Assembly (NCBI GenBank): GCA_030704615.1
Contig: CM060731.1
Span: 75,020,001 to 75,084,000, forward strand
DNA: 64,000 nucleotides
Direction: 5' to 3'
From: Takakia lepidozioides
Taxonomy: Eukaryota > Plantae > Bryophyta
The notes beneath the pieces are model-generated. The model saw only the letters and a program-made list of their open reading frames with translations. It did no database searches and had not been told where the DNA came from. Shown piece after piece: positions 1 through 11,997 of the stretch. Position 1 is the first letter of the stretch, and each line of letters starts with the position of its first letter. A program made the position numbers and the translations under genes.

Positions 1-443
1 TCTAGCGGGAGTAAGGATCAGGTGGGCCTTGAGGAGGCACCTGGTCCTACTGTAATCCCTGTACTAGAGGTGAGCACCTATAAGGTTTCCCTGTTGGCTA
101 TGTTTGTTGTACAATGTGGTCATTTAGCCATGTTGGGTACATGGCTGTGATATTTACAGGACTTTAGAGTTCTAAGGGGTGTTGGGGGGTGATGTTTGCA
201 GGCTGAGAAAGCTGCTCTTCATACTTCCACATGCATTGCACCAATTGCGCCTGCATCAAAGCCAACCCCCATAATTCAACCCCCTGCCACTCTCACAGAT
301 CCACTTATGCTATCAAAAGTACTGGACTCTTTCAGTTTTTAATTGTAGTTGACGTTCCTCATTCTCTAGCTTTCAATACCATCAGTACATGTATGTCTTC
401 ATGGGTTTTTTCGTATGCATTTTGTGGTGGGTGTTGGGTGCAG

Positions 444-713
444 TTTAAGACGAAGGACAATGTCCACTTGTATGATCTTTTATCATCACGACATAGGGTC
501 GGCACTGGAGTTGTCATTGGTGTGTCTGACAAAGACACATATCACTGTCGAGTTATTCCTGAAGGCATGTACCGTGTTGAGGTCCAGTACGTCCATGTTT
601 CACATTGTGTGTTGCCTCATCCTAATGAGGAAGATGACCCACCGCAAACCGAGTTGGACCACGTCCTTGGTAGGAACACCCTTTGGCCAGAGAAGAACCT
701 GAGGAGGGGTTAG
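444..713 (+). CDS. Last exon of CACTA ORF2 (TnpA/Transposase_23-like C-terminal domain)
   Basis: After acceptor gtgcag (443) the frame reads ...RHRVGTGVVIGVSDKDTYHCRVIPEGMYRVEVQYVHVSHCVLPHPNEEDDPPQTELDHVLGRNTLWP. This is the VxxG..H..RVxV..LPxP..L...G...WP pattern of CACTA accessory proteins. Confidence 0.65.
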   Translation, partial: FKTKDNVHLYDLLSSRHRVGTGVVIGVSDKDTYHCRVIPEGMYRVEVQYVHVSHCVLPHPNEEDDPPQTELDHVLGRNTLWPEKNLRRG

Positions 714-1113
714 AAGTATGGTTCGCCCGGGCATAAACATTGCTGGCAGTGAGGAAAAGGTAGGAAAGTAGTTCATGGCTTTAGCATGCTTGCGGAGACG
801 TAGTGTAGATGTAGTATGTCACCCTTTATCATGGTTGGATTCTGTTGACTCTGTTCCAGCACTTTCTCTCTTGGATTCTATTGTGTTTTTTGAATGGTGA
901 ATCTTCAAGAGTATTTGGGTATGCATATTCGCTTGGAATGTATGGGAAATGTATGAAAATGTATGAATCACTTGCACAACACTCTGTTAGTGGTATATGT
1001 GAGACTGTCACAGTAGGCAAGAGTGGTTGTACGCCTCCAGATGCAGCCCTAACCACTAACATACCACTTTGGCAGTAATAATTTCAATATATGGTCCCTT
1101 ACGAACACAGTGA

Positions 1114-1337
1114 GTGGTTTTAGCACACAACCTAACCACTACATCAATACTGGTACAACCACTCAGTCCGTGGTTTTAGCACACAAAGTAACGACTACTG
1201 CAATAATGCTACAACCACTCAGTAGGTGGTCTTAGCACACAACCTAACCACTACCTCAATACTGTTAGAACCACTCAGAAAGTGGTTTTACCACACATCC
1301 TAACCACTATTGCAATACTGGTAGAACCACTCAATAA
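1114..1337 (+). repeat. Subterminal tandem repeat, 4 x 56 bp
   Basis: Units start at 1114, 1170, 1226 and 1282 (gtggttttagcacacaacctaaccactac...aaccactcag). Confidence 0.9.
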
Positions 1338-1915
1338 GTGATAATATATATTGTTTATTCTCGTTTCTTGACTATTATTGTTATTCAATGCTCACTCACA
1401 GAGTTGTTTGTGTAGTCATTGCATTTTTCAGCGCATCCCTAAAATAGGGCACGTGCTAATTTGCAATATCACCACGTGTTCAGATCGTGGTCAACATAAC
1501 CGTGCAACCGGATTTGTCCACGCGTCCATATGTATACGGACACGTATCCGTCCATTCCTAAGTATGATCGACGGAGTTGATGCGTCCCACGTCGCATACG
1601 GTGGAAGTGGTTGGAATCACTATGTTCTGAAGTGGTTAGTTTGCCACTGTGACACGTCAGACGTGATTTGGCTTACCACTATGACACGTCATAAGTGGTT
1701 ATTTTACCACTGTGACACGTAAGCGAACAGCTAAACTCGGAGGCCAGTGATCGTAACCACTGTCTTTAACCACTTCGGACACGTCATGTCTTTAACCACT
1801 GATGAGTCAAGATCCACTGGTTCTAGACCACTCTGGGGGCCAGAGTGGTTGGGTGTCTTTTCCCACTCAAAATGAGTGGTTGCCAAAGTGGTTATTCCAC
1901 GTTTTTCCTCTAGTG

Positions 1916-4110
1916 GACAGACTTAATGGACGGTGCCTCTGCCGGGGTTGGTAGCTGTAAGAACCTTTTTTTAACGAGCATCTGTAGCTGCCGGTCAGCT
2001 TCCTCCTTTTGCTGCGAGTCCAAATAAAGTGTGAGCAAAATAACCCATGAATTAGAGGTGAACAAAAACAAAAGTCACGAGCAAAGCCAAATTACCTGGA
2101 ACCACCACGTCATTTTGTCCAACCACAACCCAAAAACAACGTATGTTGGAGCAGTGGGAAATTTCACATCTTTCCTCGTCCCAGGGTCGGAATTCCAAAT
2201 CTTCAACCACGCAACCTTCTCCGCAGCACTGACCTCACTGGTGGCCAACATCTGCAGCTTCTCCAATATCATTTTGGGCTTCTGTTGACGGCCAGTTTCT
2301 TGTAATGCGTGGTTATTTCGAGGAAAAATTCATCTCCCAAAGCTGGATCGCATATAGAAGAGTACTTTGCAACTTTCGTGTACCACTTCGTCCTATGCAC
2401 TTGAAGATTGTTTGCAATGGCCTTCCTTATCAGATCTGTGTTTTCTGCAGTGGCAGGCAAATGCACATGGGCATCCAAGCATGCGTTTCTGATTCTTCGG
2501 AATCCCTCCTGGCCCATGTACTCTATGAGAGCGTCTCACGACATCGTCTTCCAATTCCCATCCCGCTTGTTTAAACACTTTTTGTAAACGTCTGGTGGGA
2601 GTGCAGATTGGTAATGCTCCACATGAGTTGTTGCGCACTTCTCGAAGTAGAAGAGCTTGTGCGGGAGTTCCGATGACACATTTCCTCGATCTGTTACGCT
2701 GCGCAATGAACAGTGCCAAGGGACTGAGTCGGCAACGACCATGTGTACAATAAGCACCCAATCCTATATAGTCGGCTCCGACTATAAGCTAACCATTAAA
2801 CGTTAATTTATCTATTTCATTTTCCGTAAATCACTTGGTATCCCTCAGAGTGAGTGATGTGGTCGGGACCGACTAATACACCGTTTTGGAATCAATAGAG
2901 AATTAAAATCAAGGAAACAATAAACATAAAGCATGTCTACTTTTGCCCTCCACATTCAATGTAAGCAAACGAGCCTCGTAAAAGGTTAAAACAGTGATAG
3001 TCGTTGCCGACTATATCTAAAATATCGCCCAACTTGTGCGCAGGGAGTTGTAGTTGGTCCCGACTATACCTCATTGTCGTGCATTGGCATTATTTTCTCT
3101 GCAATGTACATGTCTATAATGTGTACTAATCGTTGCCGACTATAACCACGTTTGGAGAGGTGTGGAGAGGAAAGGTGCAGGGACACCCATGCTCATGGTG
3201 AAATGAAAGGTACGCTCATTTGAGCAAAAATGTAAAGAAATACTCACACATTCATTCTGTTCATTGCTCGTCGTATGAGTCCAAGATCCGAACTCCTCAC
3301 ATCCATTATTTTCGCATTTACACGGTAGTGCTAGCTCGCATCGTCGGCGTGTTGCTCTGAGCTGATTACCTCTATCCATGCGTACCACCTGTGATTGTCG
3401 TCATATATGTGGAGCCATTTGTTTGATAGGAACTCCCACTATGTGTTCTTGATGTCGTTCTCAAATGCGCCATCCGCTACCTGCCATTGCAAAGACCATT
3501 TCTCCCGATCCGCGGCTTTGATTTCTTGTGACTCTCAATTGTCGTTGTTTGTAGAAAGCAGCAGCGAGGCGAGGGCGTCGTTGTACCTATCTGCTTCGAA
3601 GAATAGCTTGAGCTTGTTGATGCCCGGTTGCTCTGCCATTCGAACAGCCGGAAGTGGCTTCATCCTACACAACGGGATTCGTGGAGGAGCCCCATTCTTC
3701 AGCAAGTGCGCAATGGAGCTCATAGTGTGGTTCATCGCGCTTGTCGTCAAAGACAAAAGCGGTTGCTTGCGCATGTCAGCAGTCAACACTACGTCTGCTT
3801 GAACGTTCAAGGCACTTGCCGGATTGGAGTTCCCACCTTCCTGTGCGCTTGTGCACGCTGGACCAGGCGAGGCGCCGGTTGCTGCTGTAGGGGGCGATTG
3901 AGGAATGCGTTCCCCAGAGAAGGTGGTGGCTGTGGACACCATGCCTCCTTCCTGCGAGGTCATTCCTTTCTTTCGAAGCTTCCCGGTCTTTGGTGGTTTA
4001 CCCGGACCGCCCTCAGTGCTCTGCTGGGAGACGACCGTACGAGTGCGCAGGACCCTACGATTTTGCGTGGACAGGGCGAACTCGTCGTCGTCATCCCCAA
4101 TGTGCTCCAT
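1916..4110 (-). pseudogene. ParB/Srx-like domain gene, 3 exons visible, disrupted and truncated by the CACTA insertion
   Basis: The 4110 frame read through stops gives PPRIPLCRMKPLPAVR...FEADRY...W...W...KWLHIYDDNHRWYAW...AMNRMN (DGxHR-type motif, D-D-N-H-R at 3402-3388). In-frame stops at 3535, 3439, 3331 and 2536; frameshift near 2270. GT-AG introns at about 3248-2699 and 2096-2011. The last exon QKEEADRQLQMLVKKRFLQLPTPAEAPSIKSV runs straight into the CACTA terminus. Confidence 0.65.
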
Positions 4111-5118
4111 GACTCAACTTCCGCAGCTCCACAGTGCAAAGGAAGGCGAAGGGTCGGGAGGTGGAAAAAGGAGTTCACAACAGGGGGCACAGTGGAGCAC
4201 ACAAAAAGGCATGACAAAAACAACTCTATGTGGCCCTCAACGGATGCCTAGTATATTACACCTATGCTTACGAGCCACGTGCCATCATCCATGTTGGATG
4301 CATATTCCATGGAACGCGGCGAAATCTCCACTCCAAAATTCAATTTCGAAAATGAAGGGATGCTATCATCCCCAAAAACGTCATCCACTTCCACATTCAC
4401 AACAGTCTTTCATTCATACATTATATGAAACAAGTTCAATTTGAATTTTGTACGTACATACTTGTGGCCAGAAATTGTACATAGTAGTACTATAATATTT
4501 TATTACTAATAGAGAAGATAAAACGTAGGGTACCGAATTGTATTACGTAATGGCCACACGGAACACATTCATTGAACAATTAGCCATTTCTTGTTTCGGA
4601 CTCATCATATGGGTGTGAAAGAGCCATGCAAAGTCCGTGACTTTCCGATCCAGGCGCAACCGAAGAAGACGAGGACACACCAAAACCTCGCATTACAACA
4701 TGTTCTATGTGAAATAATGTAGTCGGCAGCGACTACATTCCAATTGTTCAATGGGTGTCATGATTCCAACGGATAGTCGCTACCGACTACAACCACATAA
4801 GGTTATCCAAAATGTATTTCGCACATAAGTTCACCGGGAACAGATGTAGTAGGCAACAAGGTTTATTGGAGCGAATAGACCATGCCGACTTTCCCCACGC
4901 TACCAATAATGCCACACCGTCATCGTCGTGATGTAGATTACCGTAGTCGTTGCCGACTATGTGTTCATAGAGCATACACTTTTGAAGGACCACGCAAAAT
5001 CCGGCTTTCCATAAGCGTTGTGAAGGGCCGTCAACGACCAAATGATATCATGAAAACTTAACATTTTTACATTTTGTATGCTAATGTTGTAGTCAGCAGC
5101 GACCACTACCGAATTTAA

Positions 5119-6086
5119 CAATGGATGGCATGATCCGTGCGGATAGTCGCTACCGACTACCACCACAAGAGGTCATTGAAACTGTACTTCGCACATATTT
5201 TACCAGCTAGGTCATTTAGTCGGCATCGACTACAGTTGATTTTTTTTACCAATCCCCTGTTTTTGTAGTCAGTGGCGACTTCCCGTATCTCTATAAAAAC
5301 CCAATGGAGGACATTGGAGTCGGTGCCGACTACCACCAACCCCGGAAATGTGAAAGCTCTCAAGGACTTTGGGTTTCTTCCATGCGCAAAAGTCTGTGGC
5401 GGTCACCATGAGGAATGGAGGGTTTGCTCCCACTACGATCGATTGTGCTTATCCTTCTTTCCATATTTCTTCCACATGGAATCCTTATTCTCTTTCTTGT
5501 ACGTGACAATGGACAACTTCTATTCCCCTCCTAGGACGGTAAATTCGTACATCACACACGTCGGTGGATATGTATGATGGGGCACAAAAGTAGGAACGTT
5601 AACACAATGGATGGCATGATCGTGCGGATAGTCGCTACCGACTACCACCACATGAGGTCATTGAAACTGTACTTCGCACATATTTTACCAAAGTACACAT
5701 GTAGTCGGCATCGATTACAGTCGATTTCTTTACCAATCCCCTGTTTTTGTAGTCGGTGGCGACTGCCTGTATCTCTATAAAAACCGAGTGGAGGACGTTG
5801 GAGTCGGTGCCGACTACCACCAACCCCGGAATGTGGAAGCTCTCAAGGACTTTGGGTTCCTTCCACGTGCAGAAGTCTGTGCCGGTTACCATGAGGAGTG
5901 GAGGGTTTGCTCCCAATACTATCGATTGTGCTTATCCTTCTTTAACATATTTCTTCTACATGGAATCCTCATTGTCTTTCTTGTACGTGACAATGGACAA
6001 CTTCTATTCCCCTCCTAGGATGGTAAATTCGTACTTCATACACGTTGGGGGATAGGTATGATGGGGCGCAAAAGTGCGAACGTTAA
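5119..6086 (+). repeat. Tandem duplication of an ~485-bp unit (2 copies, plus a diverged partial copy at about 4715-4835)
   Basis: Matching boxes are offset by 484-485 nt (5144/5629, 5217/5702, 5266/5750, 5317/5801). This explains the duplicated short ORFs in the track. Confidence 0.9.
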
Positions 6087-6513
6087 AATAGGAAGCCTAT
6101 GGCCCATACACTCGACTTTGGGTGTCTTCACTCCATAGTCGGCTCCGACTATGTCCTTCCACGCATATAGACCATTTCAATGGACGCCGACTGTAGTCAT
6201 CACTACCACCTTTTGAAGGTGGTAATGAGGCCTCCAATCGGTGCCGATTATAGCGTGGCAGCCACTTACATAATGTACCCCCGATCCCAATCCCACAAGA
6301 CATGAGGAGTGCGACATTGTGAGAACAAATTGTGAGAGCCAATTGTGAGAACAAATTCCACATATGAGAGGTCACAATGGGTTTTTTTATTGATCCACAT
6401 TACTTGCAAATGAACCTCGCCAACTCTACTCATGCTGCTTGCAAGTGAAAAGCATATGCCGACTGAATAGAAGTCACGCAGTCGACGGAATTTTGATTGG
6501 TCTGAAGACCAGC

Positions 6514-7300
6514 TCATGAGTGAGGGGGCTTTGCAGTCGTTGTGGCGGCCCTTTTCAATTTCACGACAATGTCGTGCCCTTCAATCAAACCACCATCGAA
6601 TATGGACAGCTTCACTGTGGTCTCGGAGTTTGCCTCCGTCTCGGGGGACATCCCAATGCGAATGTCCCCATACACTGGATATGAGGAAGTGCTTGGTTGA
6701 GGAGTATACGTCTCTTGGATGGAGTTAACCCACGTCCATTGGCAGCAATTCCACCGCCAAAGCATGGCCGTGCGCACTCTGCCCACCCGCCCACCGTAGG
6801 TGGGAAAGTCGGAGTCAACGATGTGGAGGAGCCATGGCCTAGATCCTCACCCCTCTCGAAAAGGTAGTGGCTTGGCAAATACTCGAACGCTGTCAATGAT
6901 CCCCGCTTCGCCCCAGACTCGTCTGCGAAATCAGTCAACCAAATAACCACGTCTCCCGGTGTCAGCGCAAACAGTTCGTAATCCACGCCTCCATAAGGGC
7001 AGTCGTTTTCGTTCTGGAAGCACGACATCCTTGCAAAGGAGGGGCGAAGTCAGTCTGTACTTTCGACGACAATGAGGTTGCAGCCTATCACCTAAGATAT
7101 TTGAACTTCCCGCTCGTGACACGCGTATGATCACTTGAGGCTCCACCAAATGTAGGAACTGTCCAATTGGTGCCACATGGCAGCCTCTCCTCCCCTTACC
7201 TCTTCATGCCGCTCCTCACGGATGAAAAATGGCCGCCTCATTTTCATCCGTATCCCAAGATGGATAATCATTTTCAATCGTACTCCGCGATAAGTACTCC
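6514..7300 (-). pseudogene. Decayed gene of unknown function inside the ParB/SWIM element
   Basis: One frame reads ...EAAMWHQLDSSYIWWSLK*...*...*LRPSFARMSCFQNENDCPYGGVDYELFALTPGDVVIWLTDF... It shifts near 6790 to GRVRTAMLWRWNCCQWTWVNS...HDIVVKLKR. Stops are TGA/TAG, consistent with C>T decay. No family recognised. Confidence 0.4.
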
Positions 7301-7389
7301 ACAATATACATACAATATTGTAATCGTTGCCGACTACATTGTAATTATACATGGAAATTGTTTGAATTATATTTTCATATTCTGCAATC

Positions 7390-8603
7390 ATCGTCGTACC
7401 ACAATTATCTGAAGGGTGGTGCAAATGGTTCCGGTCCCGACCACGAACAATTATTAGCACGGGCGGCAGCGCGGTCTTTAGATCCTCAGAAGATGGTTGA
7501 GGCCATAAGAAGTTTTGTGGAGGGCACTCCTCTCCATGGTAGAAATCCTGCTCGAGGGTGACCTTCTCACTCGAACAACGAAGCGGAAGATTGTTCTCAA
7601 CTTATAAGACGAGGAACACCTTCATTCATGGAGGTCTGACATGAACCTCCGCACCACACCTAAGCGCCCTGGAGGTGCCGGTGGACAAAGAGTGCGCACA
7701 ACTACTGTGGACATGTCTGTAGACACATTGGAGCATCACCTTCCACTACAGAACAGAAAGTCGGTTTTGGAGACCGCTGTGTCCACAACATGCTGACACA
7801 TCGTCGGACGTCCGACACTTCACGAGTAAAGTGATGGGCAATATGGTCTGACAGTGAAGAAGCATGTAAAGAAGAAATCCGCCCACTACACCATTTGGGT
7901 GTTCCTGCTCCAAGTTGGTCGACACCATCCTCCGGCTTTGGCAAAACCAAAGATGATGAAAATGTGGCACTGTCCAACAGACATCGTGTACTGCGTCGGT
8001 GGTGAAGCGGGGCGATATGTGCTTGACAGACCTAATGTTCTCGACGTGTGGTCTGTCATGGTTGGGACAAATTTAAATCAGGAGGAGGTTGACGCCTTCA
8101 CCAAAGCAGGATTTCGACTTGTTCCTAATGACGACAACAACACTATCGATGGAGAGGGAGACAGTGTTGCGGATGATACGAATCACCTGGATCCGGACAC
8201 ATATGCCACCAAGAGATGGGGAAAAATATATCGAAGAAAGCCATTGAGTGCACAAGCCCGGAAGAAGATCGAGCTAGGACAATCTTTGAAGGCAATTGTA
8301 CAATCATTCAAAGATGTTCCCCGCCCTAGAATTGGTCGTGTTTACACATTGTGCGCATCGGGATCGGCCAAAGCAGGGGAGGTCTACAATGTGTGCATCT
8401 CCAGAAGTCCAAAGTGCACCTGCCCTGACTTTGGCAAAATGAAAAGGGCCAAATCCACTTACACCCATTGCAAGCACATATACTTCATTTTGTTGCGCTG
8501 CCTGAAGATGCCGGAAGACTCGGCGGACATCAACCACCCTAATCTCACCATAAATGAGGTGAAGACAATCTTAGTTCGCGACCCTTGTCCTTGGTTACCA
8601 TAG
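7390..8603 (+). pseudogene. SWIM zinc-finger protein, C-terminal part (7854-8603 open; upstream part frameshifted)
   Basis: YNVCISRSPKCTCPDFGKMKRAKSTYTHCKHIYFIL is a CxCxnCxH SWIM finger. Upstream decayed segment SYHNYLKGGANGSGPDHEQLLARAAARSLDP. SWIM fingers typically accompany MULE/Zisupton-type transposases; no DDE core seen. Confidence 0.75.
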
Positions 8604-8867
8604 AGAGCACCCACATATCGTGGCCGACTATGGTGTCATCAGATGCACTACTTAGTATGGCCCTAATTCTCACTGAGTACACAGTCGGCTTTTCTGTGCC
8701 ACCTTCAACTGTTTGGTATCGTCTACTGATGTGCGTGGATCTGAATATTGCGGGTTAAAATTTCTCTTGTACTCTGCTTTACAGCTTCCATGCTCTTCAA
8801 TGTTGATGTAGTGGACAAGGTAACCCACACACACTTTTCGTTTGCATGCTTTCTGAGCCATTCCAAG

Positions 8868-9235
8868 GGAACAGCCTTGGCGGTAAGGCGGTGTGTGGTG
8901 ACGACATCTTAATTCCCAATACGAGTTGGCACATGACAATTCATGGAAAACCAAAAACCCCAAAAAAATTCACCCAAAAAATTTCAACCTACAAAAATCT
9001 GCTGGCGAACAAGCCTTGGCGGACAGTGTGTGTGCAGGTGATGGGGATTAAGGTGTCGTCAACGACATCTTAATTCCCAGTATGAGTTGGCATATGACAA
9101 TTCATGGAAAAATCAAAAATCCCAAAAAAATTCACCTAAAAAAATCTGATGGCGAACAAGCCTTGGCGATAAGGCGGTGTGTGTGCATGTGCTGGGGATT
9201 AAGGTGTCGTCAACGACATCTTAATTCCCAGTACG
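8868..9235 (+). repeat. 2.5 copies of an ~140-150-bp direct repeat containing 18-bp-stem hairpins
   Basis: Units begin gaac(a)agccttggcg at about 8869, 9007 and 9154. Hairpin tggggattaaggtgtcgt-ca-acgacatcttaattccca at 9042-9079 and 9193-9230. Confidence 0.85.
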
Positions 9236-10222
9236 TGTTTCGAAATGTTTATTTATAAAGCACGAGTTCATCTCTCTGCCTTATTTAGATTTGGGTGTAA
9301 ATCTTTCTCTCAACCTTGGATACCTGGAAAAATGTCAAGTAACCCCTCCTCAATCCACAAAGCAATGTGGATTCATTGTTGGCAATATACACTGTACTTT
9401 CACAATTGATTTGCAAGCAAGCATCCCCCGGCCGAAACGTCGGGCGTCCCCGGGCCCTTTTCTTGGGTGTCGATTTTGGGGTCCCCCGAGGTTTATGTGT
9501 AAATCGGTGATGTAGCCCCCTTATTGTAGCCGGAATTGTCTACCGGCTCAGGCAATACATGGCCTGAGCTGGGATTCAAGTAGAAATACACCTACTTAGA
9601 ATCTCTGCCTGCATTTTGGTTAATTGAAGTAAATGGTGCTTTTTGAACCCTATGCAGATGTTGGAATTCTGCTTTGCAATTTTGGGGCAAGTTGCTTTAG
9701 GTGCCTGAGAATTGGAATGTGGTTGGGATCTTGCAAGGAAAAAATATTTTTTCGGTCCAACTACCTGATCAAACCAATTTTTCTCTCTAAAATTGGAATA
9801 CACTACAGATTTAGAGCTTAAAATTTTGTTAAATGACACGGTGAAATGGGCTGGAATGGAATTTTTACAGCACTGTGCATGAGGTAGGTAGCCCCCTTTC
9901 ATACGGTTCATCCCTGTGGATGTTTCTTAGCTGGGAGATATCCCCTCATCCGTGAGGGTATGTGCTGTTTTGGAGTGGGCCCACCAAAAACAGCCTCGTC
10001 CATTAGGGGTTAAGCAACCAATCTAGTCAAGATTCGGCCAGACAACTTTAATGGCTTTAGAGCTAATCAGGATCCGTATATTCCTATGTAATATGGACCT
10101 ATAAATCCTGATATATATATTTGATTGACTGCAATATGAAAAATGTTTCTGATTTTTATATGCAAAATTGGCTTTCTAGCATGTGGTACAATCCGATGTA
10201 TCCGCTTTTGCCTCTCCCTTAA

Positions 10223-11488
10223 CCCTTAAGTTCCGAAGCGACCTGAATCGGGTCACTTTGAATTTGCAGTTCGACCTAATTTTTGCAGTTCTAATCTGAT
10301 GGGGCCCACTCCTGAAGCTTTAATGACAAGGGATTTGTCTCGAGTATGATGCAAAAAACAAAAAAAAAAACAAAACAAAAGCTTCAACCTACAAAAAATA
10401 TCTTAGATATCTCATTTATGTTTTGGGGCCTGAAAAGGGCTTGTTGACCGCTGACGTGGCAGGTTGTAAAGCCCCATACTTGCTTACGCCTGGAAATAAC
10501 CCGTTTCATCCACAACGGCGATACACATCCATAGTATAATGTTTTGGCGTATAAAGCCGTTAATCCGTTACAATGATGTCTAGGTTAGGGTTAGTTCAGG
10601 CCGGTGGCTTGATCCTGGCCCTTCATCAGATCTAGGGCGCACAAGGCGGCGCTGTGGGCCTTGGCCTATGATGCCTTGCCACGCGGCAGACCACCATGGT
10701 TAGGGCTTTGGTATAAAGACGGCGCCCTGACACAAGGTGAGGGTGGTGTATTCAGGTGTTAGTGTATATGTGATTTGGGTGTACAAACTTTGGATGAGAG
10801 CTCCTATGTGTCAGATTCGCTCACTTGATCCTCCTCTCGCGCATTGCCTGCTCTTTCGGTTGTCCCCCTTGTTGTGCAAACACGTTTCTTGAGAGGAAAG
10901 GAGTATATGTTTTAGGCTCTTTGAGGCTTCACAAGGTAAACAAGCCCAAAACAGAATGCACTCTAAAGGCCATTTTTGGCAGAAAATTAGCAATTTTGGA
11001 AATACACACACACATACACACATCCACCATTGGCTTTTAAAATTTTTGTAGAAAAAAAAGTACTTCATTTGGAGGCACATTTTCTCTTGTCAATTTTGAG
11101 ATTTCAACCCCCCCCCTGTAATTGCATGCATAGCAACCATAGGTGAACAAATCAGTTGGACCTGCAATTTAGTGGGGTCATGGCCACTCCACTATTGATT
11201 TGGAAATGGTGGGTCTTGTGGCAAGCAAAATTGGATAAAGCTAGGTTTTGATTTGGTCAAACCAATTTCTTTCTCACTTTTTATTTGGGACATGATATTT
11301 GAGGTCCGGGCAAACGCTATAATCTCACAATTTCCGAGGTGGACTTGGCGGTATGTCATGCATAAATGAGCTGGGCCCATTGCTATAAGGCTGGAATCTC
11401 TGGGTGATTTTCGGTAGGTTTCTGGGGGCAATTTACTGCAGCTGGGTACCCAAAATTGGTAAAAAGTAAAAAAAGGGCAACTTAAGGG
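10223..11488. mobile_element. Non-autonomous piggyBac-like element (TTAA target duplication)
   Basis: TTAA(10219-22)-CCCTTAAGTT ... AACTTAAGGG-TTAA(11489-92). 10-bp perfect TIR with CCC/GGG ends; no transposase ORF. Confidence 0.75.
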
Positions 11489-11997
11489 TTAAGCTCCTAA
11501 GGTGTCTCCAGTTAACTTCTGGGTGTTCACCGTCTGCGGGAGAGAAACGAGCGCTAACCGAGCCCCTAGCAGGCCCGGATGGAGTCATGCCACGAGTCAA
11601 GAGAAGCCTGATTGATTCTGAGCGCTTTGGAGGGAATCACCTTTCTCAAAAGGTAGTGTTTCTGTATAATGTTTTTTTTGCGGCATTCCATGATGAGGAA
11701 GCAAGTGTTCAGGTTGACTGAGTTGCGAAATCAGGGTTTAGGGTCTTGGACACAGTTTAGGCAACCTTCAACTGCAGGGCAGCAGGGCTTCTTTGACTCG
11801 GGAATTCAGCCTTCCAAAGGTGCACGCGGGGTCGAGAAACTACGAGCTTCGGGTTTTCATCGATGGAAGAGTGGTGATGGCGGTGAGAGCGACACATTTC
11901 CAGGGTGTAGGTGTTTTGGGGAGAATGGCATTGATAGGAGGCTGGGATTGCTTTTGGCGCCATCGGCTGCATTATTTAGCTCGACTGCAGATCAGGG

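Larger units (their letters stand above)
1..1915 (+). mobile_element. 3' end of a CACTA (En/Spm) DNA transposon
   Basis: Ends ...gtttttcctcTAGTG at 1915 (reverse complement CACTAGAGGAAAAAC), followed by gac (candidate 3-bp TSD). Dense AACCACT/AGTGGTT subterminal motifs at 1050-1900. TnpA-like exon upstream. Left end is outside the window. Confidence 0.85.
2769..8630. repeat. Dispersed array of a 16-bp imperfect palindrome TAGTCG-N4-CGACTA (about 21 copies)
   Basis: Copies start at 2769, 2860, 2998, 3051, 3127, 4720, 4774, 4944, 5090, 5144, 5217, 5266, 5317, 5629, 5702, 5750, 5801, 6136, 6235, 7321 and 8615. Confidence 0.9.

Noticed and set aside
1924-1932. taatggacg as the left TIR partner of the ...cgtccattagggg-TTAA end at 10009
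   Set aside because: Lacks TTAA-CCCC and lies inside a coding exon of the ParB-like gene; probably chance.
3628-4444. Plus-strand 207-aa and 179-aa ORFs
   Set aside because: Overlap the GC-rich minus-strand ParB-like exon; no motifs.
2769-6250. Palindromic repeats as a CRISPR array
   Set aside because: Repeats are 16 bp with variable centres, spacing is irregular (about 50 to >1500 bp), there are no cas genes, and the context is eukaryotic.
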